The notes: generated by a model from the sequence alone, not told the origin. Shown: positions 12,213 through 26,052, counted from the stretch's first letter. The stretch is DNA of 64,000 nucleotides from Octopus sinensis (GCF_006345805.1 NC_042998.1:114886001-114950000), one strand, 5' to 3'. Program-made: numbers and translations.

Positions 12213-12334
12213 ATTATTTACATTATTTACATTTGACGGATATTTGTCCTCATCTTGTTTGTTGTTAACACATTTCGGCTGTTAATAAACAAGATGAGAA
12301 CAAATATCCGTCAAATCTAAATAATGTAAATAAT
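12213..12334. repeat. Fold-back inverted repeat, ~50-bp arms with 3 mismatches, 20-nt loop
   Basis: ttatttacattatttacatttgacggatatttgtcctcatcttgtttgtt (12214-12263) pairs with aataaacaagatgagaacaaatatccgtcaaatctaaataatgtaaataa (12284-12333). Confidence 0.9.
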
Positions 12335-12699
12335 GTACATAATTCCTCATCTCTTAAATATAGAACAATATCTTTTAACAATTCTGACAAACTATTTCCC
12401 TGAAGTTGAAATGCTTTCTTGTATATACGTACATCTTTTAACAAGTCTAGGAAACTATTTACCTGGAGTTTTATTACAGACAAGCTTGTTATTCAATAGC
12501 ACATCGAACAAAGCACTACTTGATGACATTTGCGCTTCAAGCTTGCTCGCCTTTATAGTGCTAAAATTCCAATTGTTTCAATTAAGAAATACATGTAAAT
12601 TATTGTAAAATAGTTAATATGAAAAAAAAACAAACAAAAGAAAAAAGATAAGAAATTATATATTTGATCTGAGGAGAATTAGCTGCAAAAACTTCTTCA

Positions 12700-13530
12700 G
12701 ATCAAACCCTAATACCATGGGGAAAGAAGAAACGTTGAATATATTGTAATCCTGGACATATTTCTTGGAAGAGATACCTCCGTACACTGCATATTGGTCT
12801 TCAGCGTGCAGTTATGGTGAAAGACATCAGAAAAAAAACAAAAAAACAACTGGCGTCCTGTCATTTTAGAATATTTTCTAGGGTTGTGTTATTTAATCTT
12901 TTTTTTCCCAATTGATGAATTATTTTCTATTGATGAATTATTTCACGCATATCTCATCGTATTCTCATAAGTATCTTCCTTGCATGCTGGCCACATCTGG
13001 TCTGCCGATCTGGCTCTTCACTACGACTGCACCACTAATATTAATATTATGGTAAGATATCCGCTTTTCATCTTCGGTAACAACTCTATTCCAAAAGAGC
13101 ATCTGCAGCTCACTAGGTTACAATGATGCACAGCAGTCAACACCAGGTTTGCGATTGTCTGCAGAGAAATCATGCCGAACACATTTACCAGCCTTTGACA
13201 CTTTATCAACTTTTTTTAGTTCACGATGAATGGTGGTATGGTTCACTGGAGACACACCCGACACCTTCCGATGCAACTGTCCATGTCACATTTTATAGCC
13301 TTTACAGTGTTCACAGAAAATTAAGCAGCAATGATGTCGGCATTGTGATAACTGGCTGTAATCATCATGATACAGGTAACTCTTTCCAATTATTTAGATA
13401 GCTTACAATCCTTTATGTCAGATAACTTTTTCTCAACTTCAGTCTTATGCTCTCCGACGCTGCTGACTTTTCATCAATACTTCAAGTTGTTCTTGTAAAA
13501 AAAAAAGCAGACACAAAAATTGTCAAATTT
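12700..13530 (-). pseudogene. Mariner transposase remnant (heavily disrupted)
   Basis: Minus-strand pieces read IHRELKKVDKVSKAGKCVRHDF (WVPHEL motif), FWNRVVTEDEKRISYHN (IVTGDEKW motif) and HARKILMRIR*DMREIIH (KVMLCIWWD motif). Confidence 0.8.
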
Positions 13531-13539
13531 CGTAGTAGA

Positions 13540-13622
13540 ACCCACTTATCCAAAGTGCCACGCTGTGGGACCGAGCGCAAGACTATATCGTTGCAAATCA
13601 AGCTTCTTAACCACACCTGCAC
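13540..13622 (-). mobile_element. SINE family A, 5' fragment
   Basis: cacttatccaaagtgccacgctgtgggaccgagc..gcttcttaaccacac. Confidence 0.65.
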
Positions 13623-14379
13623 CGATTCTATTTTGCTAATACTGAATATCAATTCGTAAAAATTATATCATATACAAATATGTTAAACATTGAAATTTAC
13701 TCTATCAAGGAAGTAAAAACTGTTTCTCTAATGTAAAGCATAGTTATTTTATTATTATCCTGTCATTAACAATTTTGATAGAGGAAATTTTTCTCCGAGT
13801 CGAAATTCAATAGCTATTTAAATCTACCATGCAATTAATCTATTAGTTATACTCATTATTGCCTTTAAAATAATAAAAAAAAACTTAAAAAAATGAATGA
13901 ATAAATTTAAAATCATTTAATTTTGATCAAACTCAGAATATTCATTCGCTCACAACTCCGACACACATGCACACACCTAAACAGCCATTATGTAATTAGA
14001 AAGTACCCAATATTGATGTTGGCGTTAAGTTTCCATGATTGGCAAAAATATAATGGAAGTTAAATATTTAAAAAATATTTTCTGTGAAGTTTTAACATAA
14101 AAGTAAAATGCTGAGAAACGTTAAATGTTATCTAAACGAATCCACAGTTTCCAATATCGTCAGAGTGTAGGAAAGAATGAATTTACAAAAAAAAAAAAGA
14201 AAGAGCAAAAAACAAAAAAAAAACAACAACAAAAGACAATGACGGGTGTGTAAACAAAAAACAGATGTATTAGTTTAGAATGCCTCGCTATATATGTTCT
14301 GATATTCAGCGTTCTGAGTTCAGTTCACGCTGAGTTCAAAATTGCCTTTCATTCATTCAAAGTCAGGTCGGTACAGAGG

Positions 14380-14900
14380 CGTACGCCGTTGCAGTGTTGC
14401 TGTATTCGTCCTTTTTCAATATAGTCCCCATTTCCGCGAGATAGCTCATCCTCTATCGTGAACATGTGGCATTTGGTCGAGTTACACGAGCGGTCAACCT
14501 AGCCGGATCCTCAAGTAAGCTGGATATAAATCGGAAAATGGAACAACATGGTCAAAGTATGAGTCGGCGCTCCCCACCATACTAGTGATATGACTCATCC
14601 CATTTTCTTTGAAGAGTCGTCGGTTGGATACAAAATCCGATTAATGTAAGCTATAATCCTGCGAAGCGTCCTGCTACAAAAGGTATTCAGGCGGTTTCTA
14701 AGGACACTGGCTAGTGTCCAAGTTTCACAATTATAGAACTAGACAGGAAAGACCAGAGACCTAAATACCCGAGCTTTTGTCCTCTTGCACAGATGTCAGC
14801 AGCACCAAGCACCCTTGTTCGATGAGTTCGCAACAGCACCAGCTCTTCCAAGTCTTTTCAGGACTTCAGACTCGCAGCAATTTGTGGAGAGAGGCGAACT
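14380..14900 (-). pseudogene. RTE-clade LINE, RT C-terminal fragment
   Basis: Minus strand reads KRTKARVFRSLVFPV*FYNCETWTLASVLRNRLNTFCSRTLRRIIAY, then after a frameshift DFVSNRRLFKENGMSHITSMV. Confidence 0.85.
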
Positions 14901-15273
14901 GATTACATTGACTCCAGCGATAAACTAGTACTTAATTCATCAACCCCGAAAGAATGAAAGACACAGTCGACGTAAGCGGAATTTGATCTCAATTATGGGG
15001 TTACCACTTGTATGGAAATCATAAGTAATCCATTGGTCGTTTGCAATGCTCAGCAAAACAAGAGCCAGATCACGAGAGATCTTTGTGAAGGGAATTCTAA
15101 GCAAAGCTAATTCTAAGTTGTAGCCAGGACTACCGATCAATGAACGTTATATTCACACCTACATGTATTAATTTCAACAAGTCTGCCACGCACTTTGATC
15201 AGCTACAATATACAGCAAAATTTTTAAATATCAACATTCTTTAAATATCTTAAAATTCTTGAAATATCAACAT

Positions 15274-15690
15274 AGGCGTAGGAGTGGCTGTGTCGTAAGT
15301 AGCTTGCTTACTAACCACATGGTTCCGGGCTCAGTCCCACTGCGTGGCACCTTGGGAAAGTGTCTTCTACTATAGCCTCGGGCCGACCAAAGCCATGTGA
15401 GTGGATTTGGTAGACGGAAACTGAAAGAAGCCCGTTGTATATATGTATATATATATATATGTGTGTGTATATATTTGTGTGTCTGTGTGTGTCACCCCCC
15501 GCCAACATCGTTTGACAACTGATGGTGGTGTGTTTACGTCCCCGTAACTTAGCGGTTCGGCAAAAGATACCGATAGAAAACGTATTAGGCTTACAAAGAA
15601 TAAGTCCTGGGGTCGATTTGCTCGACTAAAGGCGGTGCTCAAGCATGGCTACAGTTAAATGGCTGAAACAAGTAAAAGAGTAAAAGAGTA
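15274..15690 (+). mobile_element. SINE family A, full length, young
   Basis: aggcgtaggagtggctgtgtcgtaagtagcttgc..ggctcagtcccactgcgtggcaccttggg..gaaacaagtaaaagagtaaaagag. Confidence 0.92.
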
Positions 15691-16683
15691 TACTGTATGA
15701 AGACAGGGTGGAGAATTGAACAATGTGCTTTTAGATTATGTTTGAAATGAAAATATAGGCAGAGCGATTACATCTTGATTTTCTTTGCTCTGGACCACTG
15801 GGTATGACTGGTTGCTAAGGATATCCAGTAAAAAGAATGAAGAACTGGTTAAGACAAATATTTTTTTTCGTCAGTTACTTCGAGAAACATAACAAGCGAT
15901 AAAATATTCATATAAACACCTAAGAAAAATATCCATTTCATGTTCATTCATGCATTTATTCATTTATTCTGTTGAGGATGGATTCAGTATTATTTCTATT
16001 TAGTTACCTTGTTTTACTAACTATATTTATATACATCCGAATATAGATGATATTAAGAAATAACGTAAACAGCCTTTGTGTGCCACCAAATGACTAACGT
16101 GATTTTCCTGATGCGTTGTGTCTCTATGTGTGTTAATGTATGCCAGATTGCACAAATAGCAATCACAAAGCAATACTTACACCGTCAATACAATAGAGGT
16201 TTCTCCTATAAACGACATATTCACTTTTTAACGTTTACTTATCATTTACAACAATGCACATGATATTTATAAACATACTTACTTATATTTCACCTAAATA
16301 CGGTTTGTTGTGTATTTGTCAAAACCTCTGCTCAGTGATTGCCTTTCAATATACACAATAATATTCATTTACGGAAATCAAAGCATATCATTTGCCTTTT
16401 TTATTGTTCAGATATTTATAGAAAATGTAAGGTGGTTACAGGTTTTGTTTAATGATTAGATTGTTGGACAAAGGACTTCTACTGATTGTTTATAAGTCAC
16501 CATTAACTCTGACACAAAATGTATATTTGTGTGTCCAGATCTTTTATTTCGAGATCAGTTGTCGTATTGCTGTATACATAGGGAGAAACGTGTGGGCGGC
16601 AAACTACATCTTGCATTTCTTTCAGGTATACACTAATATAAACGCAAGTCTATATGTACATAAATGTATATGTGTGTGTATAT

Positions 16684-16737
<54 letters not shown>

Positions 16738-17335
16738 CTCGTGTTCTTGTTTACATACCAGGCAACAGTAAAACATGACATTAACTTCTACGTTTACAAT
16801 AAGGTGACAATATGTTACAAATTAGCACTTATACGCAAAAATATGTATAGGACTTGCGAGACATCCGCATTATTATCATCGTCTATTATCATCTATATCG
16901 ATTTTCTCTTCTTCGTCTGAAATACTTTATCATCATTATCATCATCATCATCGATAATTGTCGTTGTCGTCAAATTCATCATCGCTAAGTTTTTTTTTAT
17001 GAATACAATGTAGGAACAAAGTTGTGGAAGCCTAGGATTGAGAGTTTTATTTCAGACATAAAATGCTGCAGAAATAAATCACATTTATATCATAACAGCA
17101 TCAACAAGAATGCTTTACATAGCATTTTTGGTTATATCAGATTCTTCATATCACTGTTGAAATTTTGGACTATACTCATAGGATATTGGAATATTGCATA
17201 TATCCCATTATGCCTGAAAAATGGATTTACAACTTCAATACCCATAGATATCTTGCATCTATTTTCTTTCCTCCACCTCACTCTCTATTTTGTATCACAT
17301 CTAAACTAACTATGACTTAACTATCCTCTCACACC

Positions 17336-17387
17336 GTCTCCGATGAAGGGATATATTTAATAAATATCCTAAAAACAGCTGTAAGAC
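17336..17387 (+). ncRNA. Degenerate minimal hammerhead at the end of a PLE-like 3' fragment
   Basis: GTCT-CCGATGA-AGGGATAT(ATTTAATAA)ATATCCT-AAAAAC-AGCT-GTA-AGAC. Stems I and II and palindromic stem III present; core U4 and G12 mutated. Confidence 0.65.
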
Positions 17388-17446
17388 CTATCTATAAATG
17401 CTCTAATATATACACAGCCTTGGTTTTTTATCTTTTTACGCAAAAA

Positions 17447-17480
<34 letters not shown>

Positions 17481-17849
17481 TGGGAACTACCAATTGAAGA
17501 GAAATTACATTTCAGAAGTAGAAGAAAGGAGAGTTTTACAAAGTTTGAAAGAATCAAAAGCGTGTATACTACAGAGTGATTGGCGTGCTGTGTAACGTCT
17601 GGAAGACCATCAACTGTACGTTCGTGTTACGGTTGATGATCGTGTTGGATTTGCGGAGCTTTAGAAAAGCCTTGTATTTTGTAGGGGTGGCTGATCTTTT
17701 TCCAAGTATTGTACATAGTGTTGTTTATTTAATTTGCTGCAGGTAATCAATGGAACACCTTAGACAGCTCGGGCTGTGAAGTTTGCATGTGTGAGATGTT
17801 GAGTGACATAACTTAGATTACTCTTCCCAACACTCGAAAGAGTAAGCAG

Positions 17850-18077
17850 GTTATGCATAGTGTTTAAACCGGCCATATCCAGCCCAAATATTCTACAAGG
17901 TTTATATTCAAACTGGTGATATCTAGCATCTCACACCTAACCTACATTCGCGTTCTAAAAATGAACAATTACATCATTGAAACCTCAAAGCTATAAGATA
18001 ATGCATGATCAATTCAAAACAATTTGAGTGAAAAAGTATTACATTTAACAGGGTAATATGAACGCTAAAGGGTTAAA
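17850..18077. mobile_element. MITE with a TTAACCCTTTAGC-type terminus
   Basis: The right end gctaaagggttaa is intact and the left end is degenerate; the body (tttaaaccggccatatcc..catgatcaattcaaaacaa) is recognised as a common Octopus repeat. Confidence 0.55.
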
Positions 18078-18248
18078 GAATCAAAGTATATGTTTTTCTA
18101 TAGATAATCAGCGAGGACTGGTGAGGACCAAGTATAACTATCCTAGAACATCGACGAGCTATCTAACGTCAAGTACTAGAGGGTCTGGCCACATTGCTTA
18201 GTGAATGTGTGGTTGGCAGGTGAGATTCGATAATGGTCTCAAGGTTCG

Positions 18249-18303
<55 letters not shown>

Positions 18304-18304
18304 T

Positions 18305-18343
<39 letters not shown>

Positions 18344-18397
18344 GCGTACAAACATACATATGCAAAGATACATACGCGCGTGCATCTATATAAATAC

Positions 18398-18805
18398 TCT
18401 TTAACTCTTTTACTTGTTTCAGTCATGTGACTGGGGCCATGTTTGAGCACCGCCTTTAGTCGACCAAATCGACCCCAGGACTTATTCTTTGTAAACCTAG
18501 TACTTATTCTATCGGTCTCTTTTGCCGAACCGCTAAGTTACGGGGACGTAAACACACCAGCATCGGTTGTGAAGCGATGTTGGGGGGGGGGGGCAAACAC
18601 AGACACGCAAACATATACACACACATACGTATATATATATAAATATACATATATACGACGAGCTTCTTTCAGTTTCCGTCTACCAAATCCACTCACAAGG
18701 CTTTTGGTCGGCCCGAGGCTATAGTAGAAGACACCTTCCCAAGCTGCCACGCAGTGGGACTGAACCAGGAACCATTAGGTTGTTAAGCAAGCTACTTATC
18801 ACACA
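18398..18805 (-). mobile_element. SINE family A, full length, young
   Basis: Close reverse complement of 15274-15690, with an internal poly-G and (TA)n tract. Confidence 0.92.
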
Positions 18806-19696
18806 GCCAAGCAATTTTTCTTTTAAATATTACTTAATGAAACAGGGACCTCTATATCTGTTTAAAAACATCCTTCTAGTGATAGCTGTGGAGGTGTTGG
18901 TGGTGGTGTCGCTGGTGCTGGTTGTAGTTGTGGTGGTGGTAGTGATAGTGATGGTGATAGTGGTGGTAGCAGGATGTTGTTAAATTTAAAAAATTTTAAA
19001 CAGACAAGTCACGCAAGTACATGACATGAACATGCTTTCATTCTAAATACATATTCCACAGTTATCTTCTGAAATACATGTATCATTGGAACTGGTCAGA
19101 TAAGGTAACTTAGCCAAATGTTTAATACGAGAGGGCAGTTTTCATGAATTCTGAAGTTGCATAGTTGTTGTTGGTCAGTTGTTCGTCTGTCCGTTTCATT
19201 CCGACTTGCAGCAATAAACAACTTAAATACTTGCCAGCTAAATAATTAACCTGAAAGACATTTCCTATTTAATGTTCTATCATATTCTAAATACCAGTTG
19301 CACCATGGAATCAATCTAATCGACTGCCCCCCTCCCCCCAAACTTCGGGCCTTGTGCCTAGAGTAAAAAAGAGCATTCTATCATACTTATGCCCCGGAGG
19401 AAAACGAAATCTACTAAATTAAGGTATTACTTAACTATATTAATTTATACAGATGGTTTGAATTCGGGGTTGGGCCAGAAAATACTCCTTTTTCTATTCC
19501 TATTTCTCTGTTGTACGCTCTTGGAGTTTCTTTTTTGTTTTAATATTGTAAGAATTCACTACTTTGGAACTCCTCATCATAAAAACCATCTTCGTCTGAG
19601 GTTACTGAGAATACCATTTCACTGGCATTGTCGACTAGGTTCATAAAGATCCGAAGCGGGTAATTTGTTGGCTATGTAATCTTCTTCTTCTACTCT

Positions 19697-20020
19697 TCTA
19701 ATAGTTTCAGTCAGTTGATTGCGGCCGTGCTGGAGCACCGCCTTTAGTTGAGCAAATCGACCCCAGGACTTATTCTTTGTAAACCTAGTACTTATTCTTT
19801 CGGTATCTTTTGCCGGACTACTAAGTTACGGGGACGCAAACACACCAACTTCGGCTGTCAAGTGATGGTGGTAGTTTCTTTCAGTTTCCCTCTACGAGAA
19901 CCGCTCACGAGGCTTTGGTCAGCCAGCAGCTATAGTAGAAACACTTGCCCAAGATGCCACGCAGTAGGACTGAACTCGGAACAATGTGGTTGAGAAGCAA
20001 GCTTCTTACCACACAGCCAC
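19697..20020 (-). mobile_element. SINE family A with internal deletion of the microsatellite segment
   Basis: The 3' part (gtttcagtcagttgattgcggccgtgctgg..ggctgtcaagtgatg) joins directly to agtttctttcagtttcc of the 5' part. Confidence 0.8.
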
Positions 20021-21004
20021 GCTGTATACTAATCTCTCATTCACTTTGTGGTATCGTTTGAAAGCCTTATGCAGCATCGAGAATGTGTTCAGAACATTAA
20101 AAGATATAAGATTAGTGCCCACGTTGATGGCATATCCTATTTCCTTAAATACTTTAATGACAATCTTTGAAAAGGTGGTGCTCCAATATGGCCACAGTCA
20201 AATTACTGAAATAAGTAAAAGAATCAAGATATAAATTTATCCAGCTTCAGACCATCGCAGTTTCTCGATAGAATCAGTTCATTGCTCCGATATAAACCAC
20301 AATCCAATTCAGAAAATTTCCCTTCCAGTAAATCTACAACCCAAGGCCCTATAATTTCACTCACCAAACAACATCATAAGCTTAGATACATTGAACAAAT
20401 CACACATGAATTTGTCAATCTATGTTTCATTATCTAAAAACAAGTATGATTTTCTTGTATTCATATTCATATTAATGTCAGCCTCTTTTGTATTAAAGAT
20501 CGTTTCGAAAATTCTAGGATCTTCATGCAAAAAAGTTGATTATTAAAGTATAAAATTTAGTTACATTACACTGCTGAATCTAGAGTACAACCAAATTCTA
20601 GGATTTGTAGTGAATTGCACCATAACCTTTAGGAAGACCATGATTTTAATTTGGAAATGATTTGCATTAAATTAATCTAATATAATATAGAAGGGATTGT
20701 TTCTCCTACGACAGTTGACCATTAGGAGCAAATCATGAGTATGACTCACTCCAGCTGTGATCTCTTAAACCATCTCCATAAACTGGCATCGACAGTCGCA
20801 GCGGGATGAACACGAACAGAACCACTTCTAACTCGTGACGAAAGGTAAAATAATGTATAATTGCAGCCAGAAACATTTATCAGTTCCTGGAATGAAAATG
20901 AGGGATTTACGGATTTGCCTCAATAGATTTGTGAACTACTATAAATGCACACATCTTATCTCACAGTAGCGAAGTGTACATATCATAAGACTGTAACGTA
21001 TTAT

Positions 21005-21110
21005 GCAACCAGATGAAGGTTTCTTGCATTGTGAGGTGCATTCGATTCCATTATATCGTTCCCTACTCACTAGGGAGCAGTGCAGATGTAAACCGAAACG
21101 ATCGTCGTGC
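21005..21110 (+). ncRNA. Hammerhead motif with a 67-nt branched loop-2 insertion
   Basis: GCAAC-CAGATGA-A-GGTTT..(67 nt)..AAACC-GAAAC-GATC-GTC-GTGC. U4 changed to A and stem I has one bulge. Confidence 0.7.
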
Positions 21111-21492
21111 TAAATAATGCTTACAATGAATACTGCTTACACACACACTCACACACACACACTCACAAACACACATATACACACAATATTTGTGTTATGC
21201 ATTATGTATATGAATGTACAGGTACATTTGTGTGTATGTGTGAGTATATATATCAGTATGTGTATGTGCGTTTGAGTTAGTGTAAATGTATTATATGCAT
21301 ATAAAGGGAAATAACTAAGTGATATAAGTAGCTACATAGAAAGCAATATATATATATATATAGAGAGAGAGAGAATGCAAGGAATATATGCAAAAATCAA
21401 ACTTTTTCATGATAAATCAATGGCGTCTACGAGAGTCTCTGTCTGTCTCTCTATTATCTATCTATCTTTCTATATATATTTATTCATATATA

Positions 21493-21559
<67 letters not shown>

Positions 21560-21825
21560 ATGTACAGAGAGAGAGAGAGAGAAAGAGATACATACGTACA
21601 TACATACATGCATATATACATATATACGAGAATACATACATATCGTCTATTATCCCTTACAATGTTTTTATTATTATTCTTTGTCGTTTCCTTAAATATT
21701 TACATGTCTTTTATACCTCACTGCATGCCATGCACTTAGCTCACCCCAATTCTTCTTTCACTCTCATGTCGAGTTCTCTTTAACTTTCTAACTACTGTTC
21801 TATACGTCTACACACACACACACAT

Positions 21826-21856
<31 letters not shown>

Positions 21857-22122
21857 CAATATTTGTGTTATGCATTTGTCTGTCTCGAATATCAGTACGC
21901 GTGTATGTTTGTATGTATGGACTGAAGGCTCGATGGATGGCTATGGAGGTATGTATTTAGGCATGCATGTATACATGAAAGCAAGTAACCATAAATCTTT
22001 CAATGAGGGTACTTTTGAATCAGTCTGTTCTTTTTAAACTGTCTCTGTCCTTCCCTGTCACGCTATCTCTCTACCTATGCTTTCATCCAGCATTCATACA
22101 TAGGTTCATGCATACACACACG

Positions 22123-22159
<37 letters not shown>

Positions 22160-22556
22160 CACACACACACACACACACAATGCATTATATACACAAACAC
22201 GAAAACGAGTAAACATAAGCACAATTCTACATATTCACACTCACAATTTCATACATATGCACGCATAAATACAGAAGACATCGGTAGGCACAAACGTTAT
22301 AGATTCGGATGGAATGTTTTACGCTCGTCATTTCAGTTCTCAGCACTTCGAATTATAATCTGAATGATCTCAAATTTGAGTTCTTCATTTCATGATCGAT
22401 AAGTGAAAAATCAGTCAAGTTCTTGGGCCTATTTGTTCTCCATAATTTGTTACTTTGTTTCTTTGTTTATTACAATCCTTATCTCATTATATATATTTGT
22501 ATTTATTTATTTGTTTTATTTATTTCCCTATCATCTACGCTGTCACATACTCTCTC

Positions 22557-22611
<55 letters not shown>

Positions 22612-22764
22612 GGAATAAATCGCGTCTGTTCAAATTTAGAGAAAGATGTACTCTGACAAAAAGGGCCATTTCAACTCTGTGAGGAAAAGAAAGGGGACAC
22701 ACGTATGTATGTATGTATGTATGTATGTATGTATGTATGTATGTATGTATGTATATATATATAT

Positions 22765-23183
22765 AGGCGGAGGAGTGGCTGTGTGGTAAGTAACTTGCTT
22801 ACGAACCACATGGTTCCGGTTTCAATCCTACTGGGTGGCATCTTGGGCAAGTGTCTTCTACAATAGCCTCGGGCCAACCAAGCCTTGTGAGTGGATTTGG
22901 TAGACGGAAGCTGAAAGAAGCCCGTTGTATATATGTATATCTATATATATGTATGTGTGTGTGTGTGTATGTTTGTGTGTCTGTGCTTGTACCCCCAACA
23001 TCGCTTGACAACAGATGCTGGTGTGTTTACGTTCCCGTAACTTAGCGGTTCGGCAAAAGAGACCGATAGAATAAGTACTAGGCTTACAAAGTATAAGTCC
23101 TGAGATCGATTTGCTCGACTAAAGGCGGTGCTCCAGCATGGCCACAGTCACATGACTGAAACAAATAAAAAGAGAGTAAAGAG
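22765..23183 (+). mobile_element. SINE family A, full length, young
   Basis: aggcggaggagtggctgtgtggtaag..catcttgggcaagtgtcttctac..catgactgaaacaaataaaaagagagtaaagag. Confidence 0.92.
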
Positions 23184-23545
23184 TATATTCACATACACAC
23201 ACACAGACATATAGTAGGATACATATATACATATATGTGTGCGTATGTGCTTGTATGGATATATGGATGTATGTGTATTTTCACGTATATACATATATAA
23301 ATGTTTATATATACACACACATACAAATAAACTCACGTGCATACACTCACGTGAGTGTATGTATGGGAACATACGCACGTACATGTATACACACATACAA
23401 TCAACATATCACAGTATCCATGTTACCATCGATAATCTATCGATACGAATTATCCATTTGTTCAAAAGTGTATGTTACAATATCTGTCCCTGTATTATAA
23501 CAATCAGTGAATGGTTCAAAAAATAGCTGAAGGCATTAAAAGCCA

Positions 23546-23629
<84 letters not shown>

Positions 23630-23690
23630 CTCTCTCTCTCTATATATATATATCTTTTTATCTATCTATCTATATATATATCTATATATA

Positions 23691-23745
<55 letters not shown>

Positions 23746-23976
23746 TGTATATATATATCATATGTATATATATCATATATACATATAATATATATAAAGA
23801 TATATATAGATATAGATATACATTGACACACACACATATTTTATATATGTGTATATATATGTGTGTAAATATATAAAATGTAGATTCATAGCTATCTATC
23901 TCTCTCTATATATATGTATATGTATACATGCATACATGCACACACACATACACACACACACAAACACACACACAAA

Positions 23977-24045
<69 letters not shown>

Positions 24046-24219
24046 ATATTATATATATATATGTGCAGCTATTCATGTATGCATATATGAACACTTGCTT
24101 GCAATTTAACAACAAAAAATACATTCTTTAAGCAAATTTGAGGAGTATACATTAGTGAGCCGATATAAACGAATGGATGAATTTTCAGTGTTCAAGAAAC
24201 GTATATATATGTGTGTGTA

Positions 24220-24250
<31 letters not shown>

Positions 24251-24627
24251 TATGTGCGTGTGTATATATGTATATATATATTATACTGCCCGCACGTATT
24301 TATATATTCATACTTCAGTATATACATTTATACATTCATGCAGACATTGATACTGGGGAAAATGTGACAGAATACTTACAGCAAAAAAAAAAAAAAAAAG
24401 AATAAAAAGCTGAAAACAGTCAGTGTATTAATGAGGTATAACTGCAGAAAACATCCGAAGCTGGAATTAACTATCTATTCTCACTAATAAGCCATTTAAT
24501 GCTGGCTTTCACAAAGTTTCTTTTTTGATTTCTTCCCAAACTTATATCGCCTTCTTTACATTTGTATTTCTTAAGGAAGCATAAAAAAGTGACATAAGAA
24601 GTATTATTATTATTATTATTATTATTA

Positions 24628-24695
<68 letters not shown>

Positions 24696-24792
24696 TGGAA
24701 CAGCATTTTTTTTTGGCTTCAGTTCTATTATTCAACAATGATCAATTATTTTGAATTATCATCGTTGACTAAGACAGGTATATGTTTTATTA

Positions 24793-24858
<66 letters not shown>

Positions 24859-25499
24859 TATATACATACATAATATATAGATATATAATATATATATACA
24901 TACATTCATATATATATATACATATACATATATATACATATATATATATGTACATACATACATATATATGGGCATAAGTATAATTATGTATTTATATACT
25001 TTATAGATACATACATACTTTATATATATGCATTAGAATATACAGACACATGCGTATACTTGTGTCAACTTCATCATTATATATATTATTACTTATATTC
25101 ATTTCACTTTTGAAGACCTCACCTCCCTCTCGAATCAATTCGTTCATTTTCTTGGATACAAACGTGAATGCCACACACAAGAATACTCTTACATACATAC
25201 ACACACATATATACACGTATACATTCACACAGAATTACATGCATATTATACATCATTATATATTTATGCACACCTGTAATTCGCATACATAGAAATAGCC
25301 ATACACATGTAGATTATAGATGCATAACAAGAAATCTATACAAACGTACACGTTCTCAGGTATGCTGGTAAGTATTCATCTACATGTATAGAATACTTTT
25401 TAATCAGTTTCGACACTGTGCTAATTTTATTTTTGTTCACAACCGTTATATTTTCGACCATTTTGGAGAATTCTTGAACATTTTGGAAATAATACTTAC

Positions 25500-25536
25500 A
25501 ACTTGTATTGCTTGTATTGCCAATAATTAGTCGTCT
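25500..25536 (-). CDS. Candidate 37-nt internal exon, unknown product
   Basis: Minus strand ttgttttttgtagtttttttcttCAG | 37 nt | GTAAGT; open in two frames (RRLIIGNTSNTS or TTNYWQYKQYK). No homology recognised. Confidence 0.25.
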
Positions 25537-25659
25537 CTGAAGAAAAAAACTACAAAAAACAACCAACAAGCGCGTGCTTCACACCTCATATATACATACT
25601 TACATACCTACATTATATACATATACATATATATATATATATACATATATATATAAATG

Positions 25660-25717
<58 letters not shown>

Positions 25718-26009
25718 ACATATATAGACAGGTATTATATATATGTATACATATGCACACACGCACACACACACACATATATATATATATGGATTTGTGT
25801 TAATATAAAGAGTTACAGAAAAAGGGAGAAAGAGTGAGAGAGAGAGAGAGAGAATATGATACAGTAGTTTTAGTAAGTTTAGTAAATTTTTAGACTTATA
25901 AAATAAGTTGTGTCAGTAACGGTATGCCTATATATGTGCGTGTGTATATGTAATTGTTTGTGTATGTGTGTGTGTATTTTTGTATGTATATATATATATA
26001 TATATACAT

Positions 26010-26052
<43 letters not shown>

